A DNA stretch of 64,000 bases from Nitrospirota bacterium (GCA_963701855.1 CAVPBK010000006.1:1312001-1376000); one strand, 5' to 3'; numbered from the stretch's first letter, positions 29,095 through 39,237 are shown. The notes: generated from the letters alone by a model not told the origin. A program made the numbers and translations.

Positions 29095-29510
29095 GCGGGG
29101 TGGCCTGCTGGGTCTCCTACTGCGCGCAACTTTCTCATCCGCCCACCCACTGGCAGATATTTTCACCAGCCCTACCCTCCGATTGCTTCGCAATCGATTT
29201 CCCGAGACGTGCCAGTAGCCCGGGCGAGGGCCTTCCGATTTTCCCCGCTTTGCCCTCAGGGAAGCAGTCAGACTGTCCTTTACTACTATACGCGCATTGA
29301 GGGCGGCATCTTCTCATTCTTTTCTTCACGATCCCTTGTTTCTCATCGCGGGTGATCTACTCGATCTCCCATTGTGCCAACATTTCCCCTTTACATCCCC
29401 TTTAAAGAGAGCGGCCAAGGCTGCCCTTTACCTGCGCGCATCTAACGAGCGCATTCCTATCGTGCGCGTTCTGCGAGCAAGAGGAGCACCTGGCCGCTCC
29501 TTCCCTCTTC
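29095..29510. repeat. Family B repeat modules (reverse orientation)
   Basis: ~29120-29240 and ~29408-29510 match, inverted, two internal segments of 38149-38468. Confidence 0.75.
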
Positions 29511-29511
29511 C

Positions 29512-29541
29512 TTGACAAGAAAAAGAAGCAGAGACTATATT
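29512..29541 (+). promoter_or_regulatory. Sigma70-type promoter
   Basis: TTGACA-N18-TATATT directly after the repeat. Confidence 0.5.
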
Positions 29542-29592
29542 GAAAGTCCAATTGAAATCGCCGCATGCAGTGCAGGCAGGAAAGAGGGCGTT

Positions 29593-30123
29593 ATGGCAAT
29601 CGCGCAGATGGACCCAGCGGTCACGTTGGACAATCTACGGACCTCCAAGTCTGACAAGGTGACGATCGTGCTCCTGAGCGGCGATATGGATCGCGCGATG
29701 GCCGCGTTCATTATTGCCACCGGGGCTGCTGCCATGGGGATGCAGGTCACCGTCTTTTTCACCTTCTGGGGCCTCAATGCCATTCGCCGGAAAGGCTCGA
29801 GCAGTTCTGCCAAGGACTGGCTTCGTCAGATGTTCGGCCTGCTGAATAAAGGGGGCGCAGATGGCCTTCCTCTCTCGCGGTTCCATATGTGGGGGTTGGG
29901 CACGAAGATGATGCAAAAGGTCATGAAGCAGAATCGGATGCCGGGTGTGCCTGAACTCATGGAAACAGCGCTGGACCTCGGCGTTCACTTTATTGCCTGC
30001 ACAACCACCATGGGTCTGATGGGGATTACGAAGGATACGCTGATCGAGGGGATTGATCAGTTTGCGGGGGTGACCACCTATCTCGCGGAAGCCAAACAAG
30101 GCAACGTCAACTTGTTCATTTAG
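29593..30123 (+). CDS. DsrE/DsrF/DrsH-like (DsrE2-type) sulfur-relay protein
   Basis: SGDMDRAMAAFIIATGAAAMG..V.VFFTFWGL, IACTTTM. Confidence 0.85.
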   Translation: MAIAQMDPAVTLDNLRTSKSDKVTIVLLSGDMDRAMAAFIIATGAAAMGMQVTVFFTFWGLNAIRRKGSSSSAKDWLRQMFGLLNKGGADGLPLSRFHMWGLGTKMMQKVMKQNRMPGVPELMETALDLGVHFIACTTTMGLMGITKDTLIEGIDQFAGVTTYLAEAKQGNVNLFI

Positions 30124-30194
30124 TTTGTTTGGTTCATTTGGTGCGGGGCTTCAGTTAACTAAACAAACGAAATCAACCAACAAACCAGAGAAAC
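30124..30194. repeat. Short 9-mer-like imperfect palindrome between dsrE and tusA
   Basis: TTTGTTTGGTTCATTTGG...AAACAAACGAAATCAACCAACAAACCAGAGAAAC, similar to ~10550-10665. Confidence 0.5.
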
Positions 30195-30202
30195 GACACG
30201 CT

Positions 30203-30448
30203 ATGCCGCATGCCGATGTGAAGCTCGATACATTGGGGTACTTTTGCCCGATGCCGATTATCATGACCTTGAAGAAGATCAAGGAACTGACGTTGGGCCA
30301 GGTCCTTGAAGTCGTCTCGGACGACGAAGGCATCAAGAAGGATATGCCGGCTTGGTGCGACACAACCGGCCATCAGATGATTGGGCTCGAAGAAGAACAG
30401 ACGAAGTCGGGAACGATCTATAAAGCGTTTGTGAGAAAGACAAAGTAA
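30203..30448 (+). CDS. tusA: Sulfurtransferase TusA family protein
   Basis: LDTLGYFCPMP, LEVVSDD, DMPAWC..TGH. Confidence 0.9.
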   Translation: MPHADVKLDTLGYFCPMPIIMTLKKIKELTLGQVLEVVSDDEGIKKDMPAWCDTTGHQMIGLEEEQTKSGTIYKAFVRKTK

Positions 30449-30512
30449 TCGCACAGACAGACCTTTCGCAGACCGGAATCTTACATAAACGGTCTCAATG
30501 CCAACATAGCCT

Positions 30513-30772
30513 CAGGATGCTCAAAAGGGCCAGACTCCTCACCCGCCCAACCCTGGCGCGCCGAAATGCGCCTTGCCCCAAGCAAGGCCGCAGCGAGCGA
30601 AGAGGCGAGGAGGTACAAACCGCACTTCGTGTGGGCCGTTCGCCCTTGCGATGGATCTTGGCGAATGGATAAGCCCCGCCAGTGCTGCCGACCTCCGAGC
30701 GTCTCATTCGGTACGTTGAGCTTCTGAGGGATGCGAGAACGATACTGGTGGTCTTTTTCAGCATCCTGTTAG
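30513..30772 (-). repeat. Family A repeat (long form)
   Basis: Reverse complement nearly identical to 47560-47820. Confidence 0.9.
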
Positions 30773-30844
30773 TGGAGAGAGAAGCCGGAGGGCTGAAGAT
30801 CAGACCTCCGGCTTCGTTATTTTGATTCTTTGATGAGGCAGGAC

Positions 30845-32524
30845 GTGGATCGAATCGTCGAGTGTGTGCCGAACTTCAGTGAGGGACGAAACCAGACGAC
30901 GGTACGTGCGTTGGTGCATGCCGTGGAGTCCGTGCCAGGGGTCTGGTTGCTGGACCACACGATGGATCGGGATCACCATCGCTCCGTCTTGAGTTTTGCC
31001 GGCGAGCCGGACACCGTCGCTGAAGCAGCCTTTCGCGCTATTCGCGTGGCGACTGATCTTATTGATCTTCGGAGGCACAAGGGCGTTCATCCGCGGGTGG
31101 GGGCAACGGATGTCGTGCCCTTCGTGCCGTTGCGCGGCACGACGATGCAGGATTGTATTCATCTGGCGAAGCGGGTGGGGCAACGGGTAGGAACAGAGCT
31201 GGAGATTCCAGTATTCCTCTACGAGCAAGCGGCTCTGCACCGCGATCATGCCCCGCTCGAATCGGTCCGTCGAGGCGGGCTTCAAGGCCTTGCCTTCCGC
31301 ATGGCCTCCGATCCTGACTGGACGCCGGATTTTGGTCCCTCCCGCCTCCACAAGACGGCCGGCGCCTTGGTGATCGGTGCGCGCCCTCCTTTGATCGCCT
31401 TCAATGTGAATCTCCGCTCGACGGACCTCGCGCTGGCCCGGTCCATCGCGAAAGACATTCGCCAATCGAACGGAGGGCTGCCCCATCTCAAAGCGATCGG
31501 CGTGGAGTTAGCCAGCCGACAAATGGTTCAGGTCGCTATGAATCTCACCGATTACATCATCACGCCTCTCCATGTTGCGTTTGAAGCGGTCCGAGCCCGC
31601 GCAGCCGGGAAAGATGTGGCAGTAGCGGGTTGCGAAGTGGTCGGGCTTGTGCCCCAAGCAGCGCTGGTTCAGGCCGCTGGGCATGGCCTAGCACTCGAAC
31701 AGTTCGATGCAACGCAGGTGCTAGAAATGAGATTGGAGACCCGGCTATCAGGTGAGTCCGCACGACAGACCCCGTTTCGCGAACAGCAGCCAGTTGATTT
31801 ACACGCACAGTCTGTCGTGGATTTTTTGGACACAGTAGCCGCAGCGACTCCGCTTCCGGCTGGCGGCACGGTGGCGGCCTTGGTGGGCGCCCTCGCGGCC
31901 TCGCTGGGGATCATGGGGGCGCGCCTCAGCCGACAACGAGGAGTGGAACATCGGCTGAGTGAAATCGGCCGGCGGCTTCGCGAGCTGATGCAAGAGGACG
32001 GCGATGCCTATCAGAAATTTCTCCGGGCCACGAAGCTCGCGAAGACAGACAGAACTCGTCCCGCCGTTTTGTCATCCGCGCTCCATCTGGCGACGGAGGT
32101 TCCGCTTGAAATTGCCGAACAGGCGACGGAGGCCGGAGCCCTTCTTCATGCCTGCTCGGCAGGGGTGAAGCCGCGCGTTCGGTCTGATCTCACCGTTGGA
32201 CTGGTGCTGGCGGTTGCCGCAGCCGATGCAGGACGTCATACCGTTGGAGAAAATATAAAAATTCAGCACAATCAACGGCTTAAGCTCTCTCTTCTCGACC
32301 GGATTCAGCAAATGACAATCCGTCTTGAGGAACTCAGGAGGCTATGTTACATTACGCCCCTTAGTCGGGGTCGGGCTGGTACGAGAAAAAAACCTCTACA
32401 GGCATTGCCTGGGAAAGCACGCAGACGGAAAGAATGGAAATCAAAGTCTTCAATAATAACGTCGAGAAAGCCCTCAAAGTTGCCAAGAAGAAGCTTGCGG
32501 GGGAAGGACTCTTCCGCGAACTAA
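30845..32524 (+). CDS. ftcD: Glutamate formimidoyltransferase/cyclodeaminase
   Basis: VECVPNFSEGR, DHHRSV, HPRVGATDVVPFVP, GARPPLIAFN, PAGGTVAA; the tail overlaps rpsU. Confidence 0.9.
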   Translation: MDRIVECVPNFSEGRNQTTVRALVHAVESVPGVWLLDHTMDRDHHRSVLSFAGEPDTVAEAAFRAIRVATDLIDLRRHKGVHPRVGATDVVPFVPLRGTTMQDCIHLAKRVGQRVGTELEIPVFLYEQAALHRDHAPLESVRRGGLQGLAFRMASDPDWTPDFGPSRLHKTAGALVIGARPPLIAFNVNLRSTDLALARSIAKDIRQSNGGLPHLKAIGVELASRQMVQVAMNLTDYIITPLHVAFEAVRARAAGKDVAVAGCEVVGLVPQAALVQAAGHGLALEQFDATQVLEMRLETRLSGESARQTPFREQQPVDLHAQSVVDFLDTVAAATPLPAGGTVAALVGALAASLGIMGARLSRQRGVEHRLSEIGRRLRELMQEDGDAYQKFLRATKLAKTDRTRPAVLSSALHLATEVPLEIAEQATEAGALLHACSAGVKPRVRSDLTVGLVLAVAAADAGRHTVGENIKIQHNQRLKLSLLDRIQQMTIRLEELRRLCYITPLSRGRAGTRKKPLQALPGKARRRKEWKSKSSIITSRKPSKLPRRSLRGKDSSAN

Positions 32525-32628
32525 AGCGGCGGCGGTTTTACGAAAAGCCGAGTGTCAGGAAGAAAGCCAAGCAGCGCGAGGCACAGCGGCGGCGTCAAAA
32601 GTGGTTGTCGAAGCGCAAGCCAGAGTAA
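32434..32628 (+). CDS. rpsU: 30S ribosomal protein S21
   Basis: VEKALKV.KKK...ELKRRRFYEKPSVRKK. Confidence 0.95.
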   Translation: MEIKVFNNNVEKALKVAKKKLAGEGLFRELKRRRFYEKPSVRKKAKQREAQRRRQKWLSKRKPE

Positions 32629-32699
32629 GCGTCCTTCCGCGGGCTCGCCCGTCCGGTTGATCGCATTCCTCCCAAGGCCTTCATATTCCTTACTCGTCC

Positions 32700-33359
32700 A
32701 TGCGCCAGGATCAGATCACTGCTGCGCTTCGAATCGTAAAGCGCGAAATTCAGCAGTGGGAGGAGCCGGTCCTCGGTGTGGTGGCACGCGAGACGAATCG
32801 AGACCCCTTCCGCATCCTCATATCGTGCCTCCTCAGCCTCCGGACCAAAGACAAGACGACCAGTGAAGCCAGCGCCAGGCTGTTCGCGCTGGCGCATCAG
32901 CCGGCCATGATGCTGACCCTTCCACTCCGGAAGATCGAACGCGCGATCTATCCCGTCGGGTTTTACCGGACGAAAGCCAAATCTATCCATGCCATTTGCC
33001 GTCGCCTGCTGGACGTCTATGGAGGCGCAGTTCCCGACTCCATTGAGGAGCTGGTCACGCTGTCGGGGGTAGGCCGGAAGACGGCGAACTTGGTGGTAAC
33101 AGTCGCTTATAGCAAGCCCGGCATCTGCGTGGATATCCACGTGCATCGGATCAGCAATCGCTGGGGCTACGTGAAAACGAAGACACCGGAAGAAACCGAG
33201 CAGGCGCTGCGCCGGAAATTGCCGGCACAGCATTGGATTACCCTCAACGATTTGCTTGTTCCGTACGGGCAGCACCTCTGCCAACCAGTCTCACCCTACT
33301 GCAGCATATGCAAACTCAGGGATTTTTGTGACCGAGTAGGGGTAAAGAAGTCGCGCTAG
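32700..33359 (+). CDS. nth: Endonuclease III
   Basis: LSLRTKD, GVGRKTANLV, VDIHVHRISNR, C-x6-C-x2-C-x5-C. Confidence 0.9.
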   Translation: MRQDQITAALRIVKREIQQWEEPVLGVVARETNRDPFRILISCLLSLRTKDKTTSEASARLFALAHQPAMMLTLPLRKIERAIYPVGFYRTKAKSIHAICRRLLDVYGGAVPDSIEELVTLSGVGRKTANLVVTVAYSKPGICVDIHVHRISNRWGYVKTKTPEETEQALRRKLPAQHWITLNDLLVPYGQHLCQPVSPYCSICKLRDFCDRVGVKKSR

Positions 33360-33387
33360 GAGAAGAAGTGGAAACCAGCGGGGATTT

Positions 33388-34071
33388 ATGAGCTGCCGAC
33401 GAAGAAACACGCAGGCATTTGTGGCCATGAGTCTTTTGGGAGTGCTGCTCTCGATTCACGAAGAGGGGTACGCAATTTATCGCTGCTATGACAAGGAAGG
33501 CCGTCAAGTGCTCACAGACCAGCCGGCGCAGCTTGAACAATGCACCCTTCTCGGCGTAGCGGCGCCACCGAAGTCGAATTCGAGTAAGCTCCCAGTTGCG
33601 CCAATTCCTGCCGTGCCGGGTCCAATAGAAGACCGCAAAGTGTTGCCCGGAGAACAGAGCACAAGTCCGGCGAATCCTACCGTAGCCGTGCCTCTTCAGC
33701 AGGTCGGCCACCTGTTCGTGGTAACGGTGAGGCTCAATGGAGAGCAGGATGCCCCGTTGATCGTGGATACTGGTGCTTCCCACAGCATTGTGTCCCATAG
33801 GCTTGCCACAGAGCTTGGGTTGTACTCAGACTTAACGATGGGGACAGTCACGATGAATACTGTTGGGGGATCGGTTCAGGCACCGTTGGCTCGAATGAAG
33901 TCGATTCGCTTGGCAGAGGCTGAAGTCAGAGACAGCGTTGTGGTTATTTATGACCTACCAGACTCTCCGAAGGGCGTAGAGGGATTATTGGGGCTTAGTG
34001 CGTTGCGGCAATTCCAGGTGACGCTGGATCCCACCAGAAAAGTGTTATCTCTCCAGCCGACAATGAAATAG
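33388..34071 (+). CDS. Secreted retropepsin-like aspartyl protease with DUF4124 domain
   Basis: IYRCYDKEG..VLTDQP; LIVDTGAS; GLLGLS. Confidence 0.85.
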   Translation: MSCRRRNTQAFVAMSLLGVLLSIHEEGYAIYRCYDKEGRQVLTDQPAQLEQCTLLGVAAPPKSNSSKLPVAPIPAVPGPIEDRKVLPGEQSTSPANPTVAVPLQQVGHLFVVTVRLNGEQDAPLIVDTGASHSIVSHRLATELGLYSDLTMGTVTMNTVGGSVQAPLARMKSIRLAEAEVRDSVVVIYDLPDSPKGVEGLLGLSALRQFQVTLDPTRKVLSLQPTMK

Positions 34072-34090
34072 GCCATGTCGGTTATCACAG

Positions 34091-34118
34091 ATTACCTTGC
34101 ATGAATATGCAAGGTAAT
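34091..34118. terminator. Hairpin between convergent genes
   Basis: ATTACCTTGCAT-GAAT-ATGCAAGGTAAT, perfect 12-bp stem. Confidence 0.65.
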
Positions 34119-34159
34119 GAGGGCAGGTGATGAGCAGAAGAAAAGTGGAGGAAAAACAA

Positions 34160-34579
34160 TCAGATGAACAGCTTCGTTTCCGCATCAGAGGTCAGCGCAA
34201 TAATGGCAGGTAGTCCCATGACTTCGTCGACGTTTTTTTCGACGACGGCACTGTCCACGCCCATATATTCCAGTCCGGCACTGCAAGCGATCAGGCGAAA
34301 CTTCCCGACGTGTTTGGCGTCCTGAAACATTTCCGAAATCTTCGGTACTTTCTTTTCTTTCAAAAGCCGCGCCACTTCGTCGGCTGAGGCGGCATACTCA
34401 GGGGGAAAGTCTACCTGATCGATCCTTCCCTCGGCCAGCTTCTTGATCGTCCAGAACAAGAGGATCACGATCACGTCTTTCCCCATCGCTGCGGCGGTGA
34501 GTCCAAGGGTTGCGACCTGATGCAGCGTGTCGTAGGTGGCGTGATGGGCGAAGATGACAAACTTGGGTTGAGCCGGCAT
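34160..34579 (-). CDS. DsrE family protein
   Basis: LTAAAMGKDV..LLFW, RLIACSAG, terminal LFI. Confidence 0.8.
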   Translation of the reverse strand: MPAQPKFVIFAHHATYDTLHQVATLGLTAAAMGKDVIVILLFWTIKKLAEGRIDQVDFPPEYAASADEVARLLKEKKVPKISEMFQDAKHVGKFRLIACSAGLEYMGVDSAVVEKNVDEVMGLPAIIALTSDAETKLFI

Positions 34580-34588
34580 GGTCGGTAG

Positions 34589-34942
34589 CTACTCCTTTGT
34601 GGCGCGCGCCTTGACGCTGTTCACATAATCGGTAATGGCCGCATCGACTTCGCCCGTGGTCATGGGACGGTCATGCGTTTCACTTTCGTCCACGAGATAG
34701 GTGCCGTGCTTTTTTTCCTGCCGGAGGACCACGGAATTCTCCGGCGTTACCTCGATCAGCATGAACCACTCGCGTGTCCCCTGCGTGATGACGACCTCCT
34801 TGCCCAGGCCTTTCTTCGTAATTTCGATATGAAGATCATCGGACGCGCGGACAGTGGCGGGACAGGTAAGGAGCCCCATGCCTAGGCCTGCAATCCCTAG
34901 CAAGGTGCAGATACGAGGTGTGAAGAGCGAGCGACACGACAT
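34589..34942 (-). CDS. Secreted hypothetical protein
   Basis: Signal peptide; operon-like spacing with the dsrE gene. Confidence 0.65.
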   Translation of the reverse strand: MSCRSLFTPRICTLLGIAGLGMGLLTCPATVRASDDLHIEITKKGLGKEVVITQGTREWFMLIEVTPENSVVLRQEKKHGTYLVDESETHDRPMTTGEVDAAITDYVNSVKARATKE

Positions 34943-35046
34943 AGTAGCGCGATTATAGCCCGTCGAGAAACATGCCGTAAACCATTCGATGCCGCCTAGC
35001 CATTGGCTTGGAGTGCCCCTGGGTCGCATGCTAGGATGCGAAGCGC

Positions 35047-35478
35047 ATGGATGACTTACTCGCATCAGTCCAGCAATGGATTCCGGTCGATGTGCTCATC
35101 GGTCTTACCGTGGCCTCGGTCGTCGGATTTGTCGGTTCTCTGATTGCCATCCCGTTGATTCTGGTCCGCTTGCCGGCCGACTACTTTGACACGCGTACTC
35201 CCCGCCATTGGATGAAAGACCATCATCCAGTGCTGCGCATGTTGGGCTTAGCTGCCAAGAACATTGTCGGCGTCGTGTTCCTCGTGGTCGGATTTGCCAT
35301 GCTTTTCTTGCCGGGACAGGGCCTGTTGACGATGCTGATTGGGATCTCACTCATGGATTTCCCAAGAAAGCGTGAGATCGAGGCAAAAATGGTCGGTCAG
35401 CCGACCCTGCTGGGTGTCATTAACGGCATGCGCCGCAAGTTCGATAAACCACCCTTGACCCTGGCCCCCGGCCCTTAG
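35047..35478 (+). CDS. PGPGW-like transmembrane protein
   Basis: RLPADYF, KNIVG, MLFLPGQGLLT. Confidence 0.75.
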   Translation: MDDLLASVQQWIPVDVLIGLTVASVVGFVGSLIAIPLILVRLPADYFDTRTPRHWMKDHHPVLRMLGLAAKNIVGVVFLVVGFAMLFLPGQGLLTMLIGISLMDFPRKREIEAKMVGQPTLLGVINGMRRKFDKPPLTLAPGP

Positions 35479-35484
35479 CATCCC

Positions 35485-38142
35485 ATGCCGACCACAGAGC
35501 CCAGCCGCAAGACACTCTACTTGATCGATGGGAGCGCCTATATCTATCGTGCCTTCTTTGCCCTGCCGGCCCTGAATAATTCCCAAGGCCTCCAGACCAA
35601 CGCTATCCTCGGCTTTACGACGACGTTGCTGAAGATTATTCGGGAGAAGAAGCCGGATGGCCTTGTCGTGGCATTCGACGAAAAGGGTCCGACGTTGCGC
35701 CATGCGGAGTTCACGGCCTACAAGGCGCAGCGTCCGCCGATGCCGGAAGGCATGAGTGCTCAGATTCCCTACATCCATCGTGTGGTGGATGCCCTCAACA
35801 TTCCCGCTGTCCGGCAAGTCGGATATGAAGCGGACGATTTGATCGGTACGCTGGCGCACCAGGCAGAACAGGCAGGGTTCGACGTCGTGATCGTCACCGG
35901 CGACAAGGACATGCTCCAGCTCCTGACGCCCCACGTGCGCATCTACGATCCGGTGAAAGACAAGTGGCTTGGCGAAGTGGAATGCCGCGAACGTTTCGGC
36001 GTGGAGCCGGCGCGCGTGGTGGAGATCATGGGGCTCATGGGCGACGTAGCGGACAATATTCCCGGGGTGAAAGGCATCGGTGAGAAAACCGCAATGAAGC
36101 TGATCGCCCAGTTCGGCACGATAGAAGAACTCTTGCGCCGCGTTGAAGAGGTCACGCCGCCTCGGATCAAAGCGATGTTGATCGAGCAGGCTGAAAATGC
36201 CCGCCTCAGCCGAAGGCTGGCGACCATCCAGCTGGATAGCCCTGTGACATTCGATGCCGCGACGTATCACGTGAAGCCGCCGCATCAGGACCAGCTCATC
36301 GATTTGTTGCGTGAGCTGGGGTTTACCACGATCCTCAAATCATTTCAGCCATCGTCTAAACCAGCAGAAACGAATGCGATTGGAACGGAACTCCTTCAGG
36401 ATGAACCGTCTGCACAGCGATTTGTAGAGGGATTACCGAAGGGCGGCGCCCTCGGCCTGCAATGTCTGCTCTCTCCCGGGCCAGGCGCCCAGGCGGATGT
36501 GCGGGGGATAGCACTGTCCACGGGAGACAAGACCGCGTTCGTCCCGCTCGACGTTCACGCCTACATGCGACCCATCATTGCGTTGCTGCATGATTCCACG
36601 AGAATCAAAGTTGTTCATGACCTAAAGGCGGCCTTGCTGGTTTTTCACCGCATTGGACTGACCCTCGCAGGCCCCTATCTGGATACCATGGTGGCGGACT
36701 ATCTGCTCAATCCCAACCGCCGTGATCACCAGCTTGAGACCATCGCGCTAGAAATGCTGGACCATCGGCTTGGGACAGGACTCAAAAACAGCGCCGCGCC
36801 ACAATCCCTTTTCGACGAGGGCACAGGGTCACGAGAGGAGATAGCGGAGGCCGCGTCAGTGTTGGCCAAGCTCGCCCAGCCGATGACGGACCGATTGTCG
36901 GAACAGGGAAGCCTCACGCTCTTTGCCGACGTGGAAATGCCGCTGGTACCCGTGTTGGCCGAGATTGAACGGAACGGGTTCTTATTGGATGTCGAGGGCC
37001 TGCGCATACTCAGCAAAGAGTTGGAGCGAGATCTCGACAAGATAATGGAGACTATCGCTGTGGCGGCCGGCGGCGAGTTCAACATCAATTCGCCGAAGCA
37101 GCTTGCCACGGTGCTGTTCGAGAAGTTGGGCCTCAAGCCGATCAGGAAAACCAAGACCGGGTACTCGACCGATGAAGACACGCTGACCCAGCTCGCCACA
37201 CAACACGAATTGCCCGCGCAGATTGTGAACTATCGAAGCCTCAGCAAACTCAAATCCACTTATGTAGATGCACTGCCGGAATTGGTGAATCCGGAGACCA
37301 AGCGGCTCCATACGTCGCTCAATCAGACCGTCGCGGCGACCGGACGGCTCTCCTCGACCGATCCGAACTTGCAAAATATTCCGGTGAAGGGCGAGTACGG
37401 ATTACGCATCAGAGAGGCCTTTATCGCGCCGGCAGGCCATACCCTGCTCTGCGCCGACTACAGCCAGATCGAACCGCGCATCCTCGCGCATCTCTCGCAA
37501 GATCCGCGCTTGCTCGCCGTATTTTCGAAGGGCGAGGATATCCACATGGCGACGGCCATGGAGATTTTCGGTTTGTCTTCCAGTCAGATCACGCGAGACA
37601 TGCGCCGTGTGGCCAAGACAGTCGTCTTCGGCATTGTGTATGGGATCAGTCCGTTCGGCCTCTCACAGAACATCGGCGTATCTCAAGCGGATGCAAAGAA
37701 ATACATCGAGACATTCTTTGAAAAGTTTTCGGCAGTGCGCGCGTTGATGGATCGGAATATCGAAGAAGGCAAAACAAAAGGCTACACGACGACGATCCTA
37801 GGCCGGCGGCGCCCGATTCCCGAATTGCAGAGCGGCGATCCCGTGCAGCGTGGATTCGGCGAACGCATGGCGGTGAACAGTCCAATCCAGGGCTCAGCCG
37901 CGGATTTGATTAAAGTGGCAATGATCAACGTGAATAACATGTTGTGCCACGAGATGCCGCATACGAAAATGATCCTGCAAGTCCACGACGAATTGATTTT
38001 CGAGGTGCCGGAGAAGGACTTGGACGAAACAAAGCGTCTCGTGAAAACAGAGATGGAAGCGACGGGGAAGAAGCTGGGATTGTCGGTGCCGCTGAAAGTG
38101 GATCTGGGTACAGGCCATAATTGGCGAGTGGCGCATCCATAG
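35485..38142 (+). CDS. polA: DNA polymerase I
   Basis: LIDGSAYIYRAF, EADDLIGT, TGRLSSTDPNLQNIP, DYSQIE, QVHDEL. Confidence 0.98.
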   Translation: MPTTEPSRKTLYLIDGSAYIYRAFFALPALNNSQGLQTNAILGFTTTLLKIIREKKPDGLVVAFDEKGPTLRHAEFTAYKAQRPPMPEGMSAQIPYIHRVVDALNIPAVRQVGYEADDLIGTLAHQAEQAGFDVVIVTGDKDMLQLLTPHVRIYDPVKDKWLGEVECRERFGVEPARVVEIMGLMGDVADNIPGVKGIGEKTAMKLIAQFGTIEELLRRVEEVTPPRIKAMLIEQAENARLSRRLATIQLDSPVTFDAATYHVKPPHQDQLIDLLRELGFTTILKSFQPSSKPAETNAIGTELLQDEPSAQRFVEGLPKGGALGLQCLLSPGPGAQADVRGIALSTGDKTAFVPLDVHAYMRPIIALLHDSTRIKVVHDLKAALLVFHRIGLTLAGPYLDTMVADYLLNPNRRDHQLETIALEMLDHRLGTGLKNSAAPQSLFDEGTGSREEIAEAASVLAKLAQPMTDRLSEQGSLTLFADVEMPLVPVLAEIERNGFLLDVEGLRILSKELERDLDKIMETIAVAAGGEFNINSPKQLATVLFEKLGLKPIRKTKTGYSTDEDTLTQLATQHELPAQIVNYRSLSKLKSTYVDALPELVNPETKRLHTSLNQTVAATGRLSSTDPNLQNIPVKGEYGLRIREAFIAPAGHTLLCADYSQIEPRILAHLSQDPRLLAVFSKGEDIHMATAMEIFGLSSSQITRDMRRVAKTVVFGIVYGISPFGLSQNIGVSQADAKKYIETFFEKFSAVRALMDRNIEEGKTKGYTTTILGRRRPIPELQSGDPVQRGFGERMAVNSPIQGSAADLIKVAMINVNNMLCHEMPHTKMILQVHDELIFEVPEKDLDETKRLVKTEMEATGKKLGLSVPLKVDLGTGHNWRVAHP

Positions 38143-38148
38143 CAGAGG

Positions 38149-38468
38149 AGGGATGGAGGCTGATGATCTTCTGTGTTCGCGCAACGCGCGGCCTGGGAAG
38201 GATGGGGAGGGAGCGGCCAGGTGCCCTTCTTGCTCGCAGAACGCGCACGGTGAAACTGTGCTCGTTCGATGCGCGCAGGAAAGGGCAGCCTTGGCCACTC
38301 CATTGAAATGAGGTTTGGCGAACTGGAAGGCCCTCGCCAGGGCTACTGGCACGTCTCGGGAAATCGATTGCGAAGCAATCGGAGGGAAGGGCGGGTGAAA
38401 ATATCTGCCAGTGGGTGGGCGGGTGAGAAAGCCGCGCGCAGTGGAAGATCAATCAGCCCCCATTCCCT
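38149..38468. repeat. Family B repeat, long nested form
   Basis: Termini GGGATGGAGGCTGATGATCTTC...GAAGATCAATCAGCCCCATTCCC shared with 38854-38959, plus two internal modules. Confidence 0.85.
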
Positions 38469-38595
38469 GAAGAGATCACGGGCAAGCAAGGGCGGTTGGC
38501 GTTTGCGTAGCCTTTCCTCGAACGTCGTGTGTTCGCAGACGAACCTTTCATTGGCGTGTGATGCATCCATAACAGAAACCTGAGTGAGGTGACCT

Positions 38596-38853
38596 ATGCA
38601 GAATGTACGTCTCTCAGTCGCGTGGGTGTTAGCGGGCATTTGTCTTGGTGCGTTGGGGTTCCTGCTTCTCATGGGGCAGCCGTTCGCAGCGAAGGCTCAA
38701 GAGGCGAAACGGTTTCAGTACAAAATCGTCGAGGTCCTTCCTGATACCCAGAATATGCAAACCAAGCTGAACGAGTTTGGAGCAGGCGGGTGGGAATTGG
38801 TGGCGGTCTCGATGGGGAATATGACGGAGCCGAGGCTGATCTTTAAGAAGTGA
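38596..38853 (+). CDS. DUF4177 domain protein
   Basis: FQYKIV...LNEFGAGGWELVAV...LIFKK. Confidence 0.8.
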   Translation: MQNVRLSVAWVLAGICLGALGFLLLMGQPFAAKAQEAKRFQYKIVEVLPDTQNMQTKLNEFGAGGWELVAVSMGNMTEPRLIFKK

Positions 38854-39175
38854 GGGAAGGGGATGGAGGCTGATGATCTTCTGTGCTCGCGCAACGCGCG
38901 GCCTGGGAAGGCCCTCGTTGGACGCGCGCAGTGGAAGATCAATCAGCCCCCATCCCTGAGAGATAGCGAGCGCGCTTGGAGGGATCATCTGTAATCTCGT
39001 TTGACGGCCGCAGTCGGAATCACCTCACTAACCCGCACGAGATGGGAGAGGTGGAAGGGAGGGAGAGCGCTCGATGCGCGCAGTAAAGGACAGTCTGGCT
39101 GCTCCCGGTGAAGGATGAGGTGGTGGATAGGAGTCGTGGGATCGACGCGCGCAGTTGGGATCATCTCAACCACTT
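38854..39175. repeat. Family B short form followed by degenerate relatives
   Basis: ~100-bp minimal element, then further CGCGCGCAG-containing fragments. Confidence 0.75.
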
Positions 39176-39237
39176 CAAGTAAAAGGTAGGGGTAGAAGCG
39201 CATCGGACTCTTGGTCTCGTTGAAAAAGGAGGAACGC

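Noticed and set aside
29100..29515. ORFs with LSHPPTHWQIFSPALPSDCFAIDFPRRASSPGEGLP, also at ~38300-38450
   Set aside because: Translations of Family B repeat modules, not supported as genes.
30495..30764. Recurrent small ORFs (MLKK..SIVLASLR.STYR...) here and at 42243 and 47318
   Set aside because: Translations of Family A repeats; frames differ between copies because of indels.
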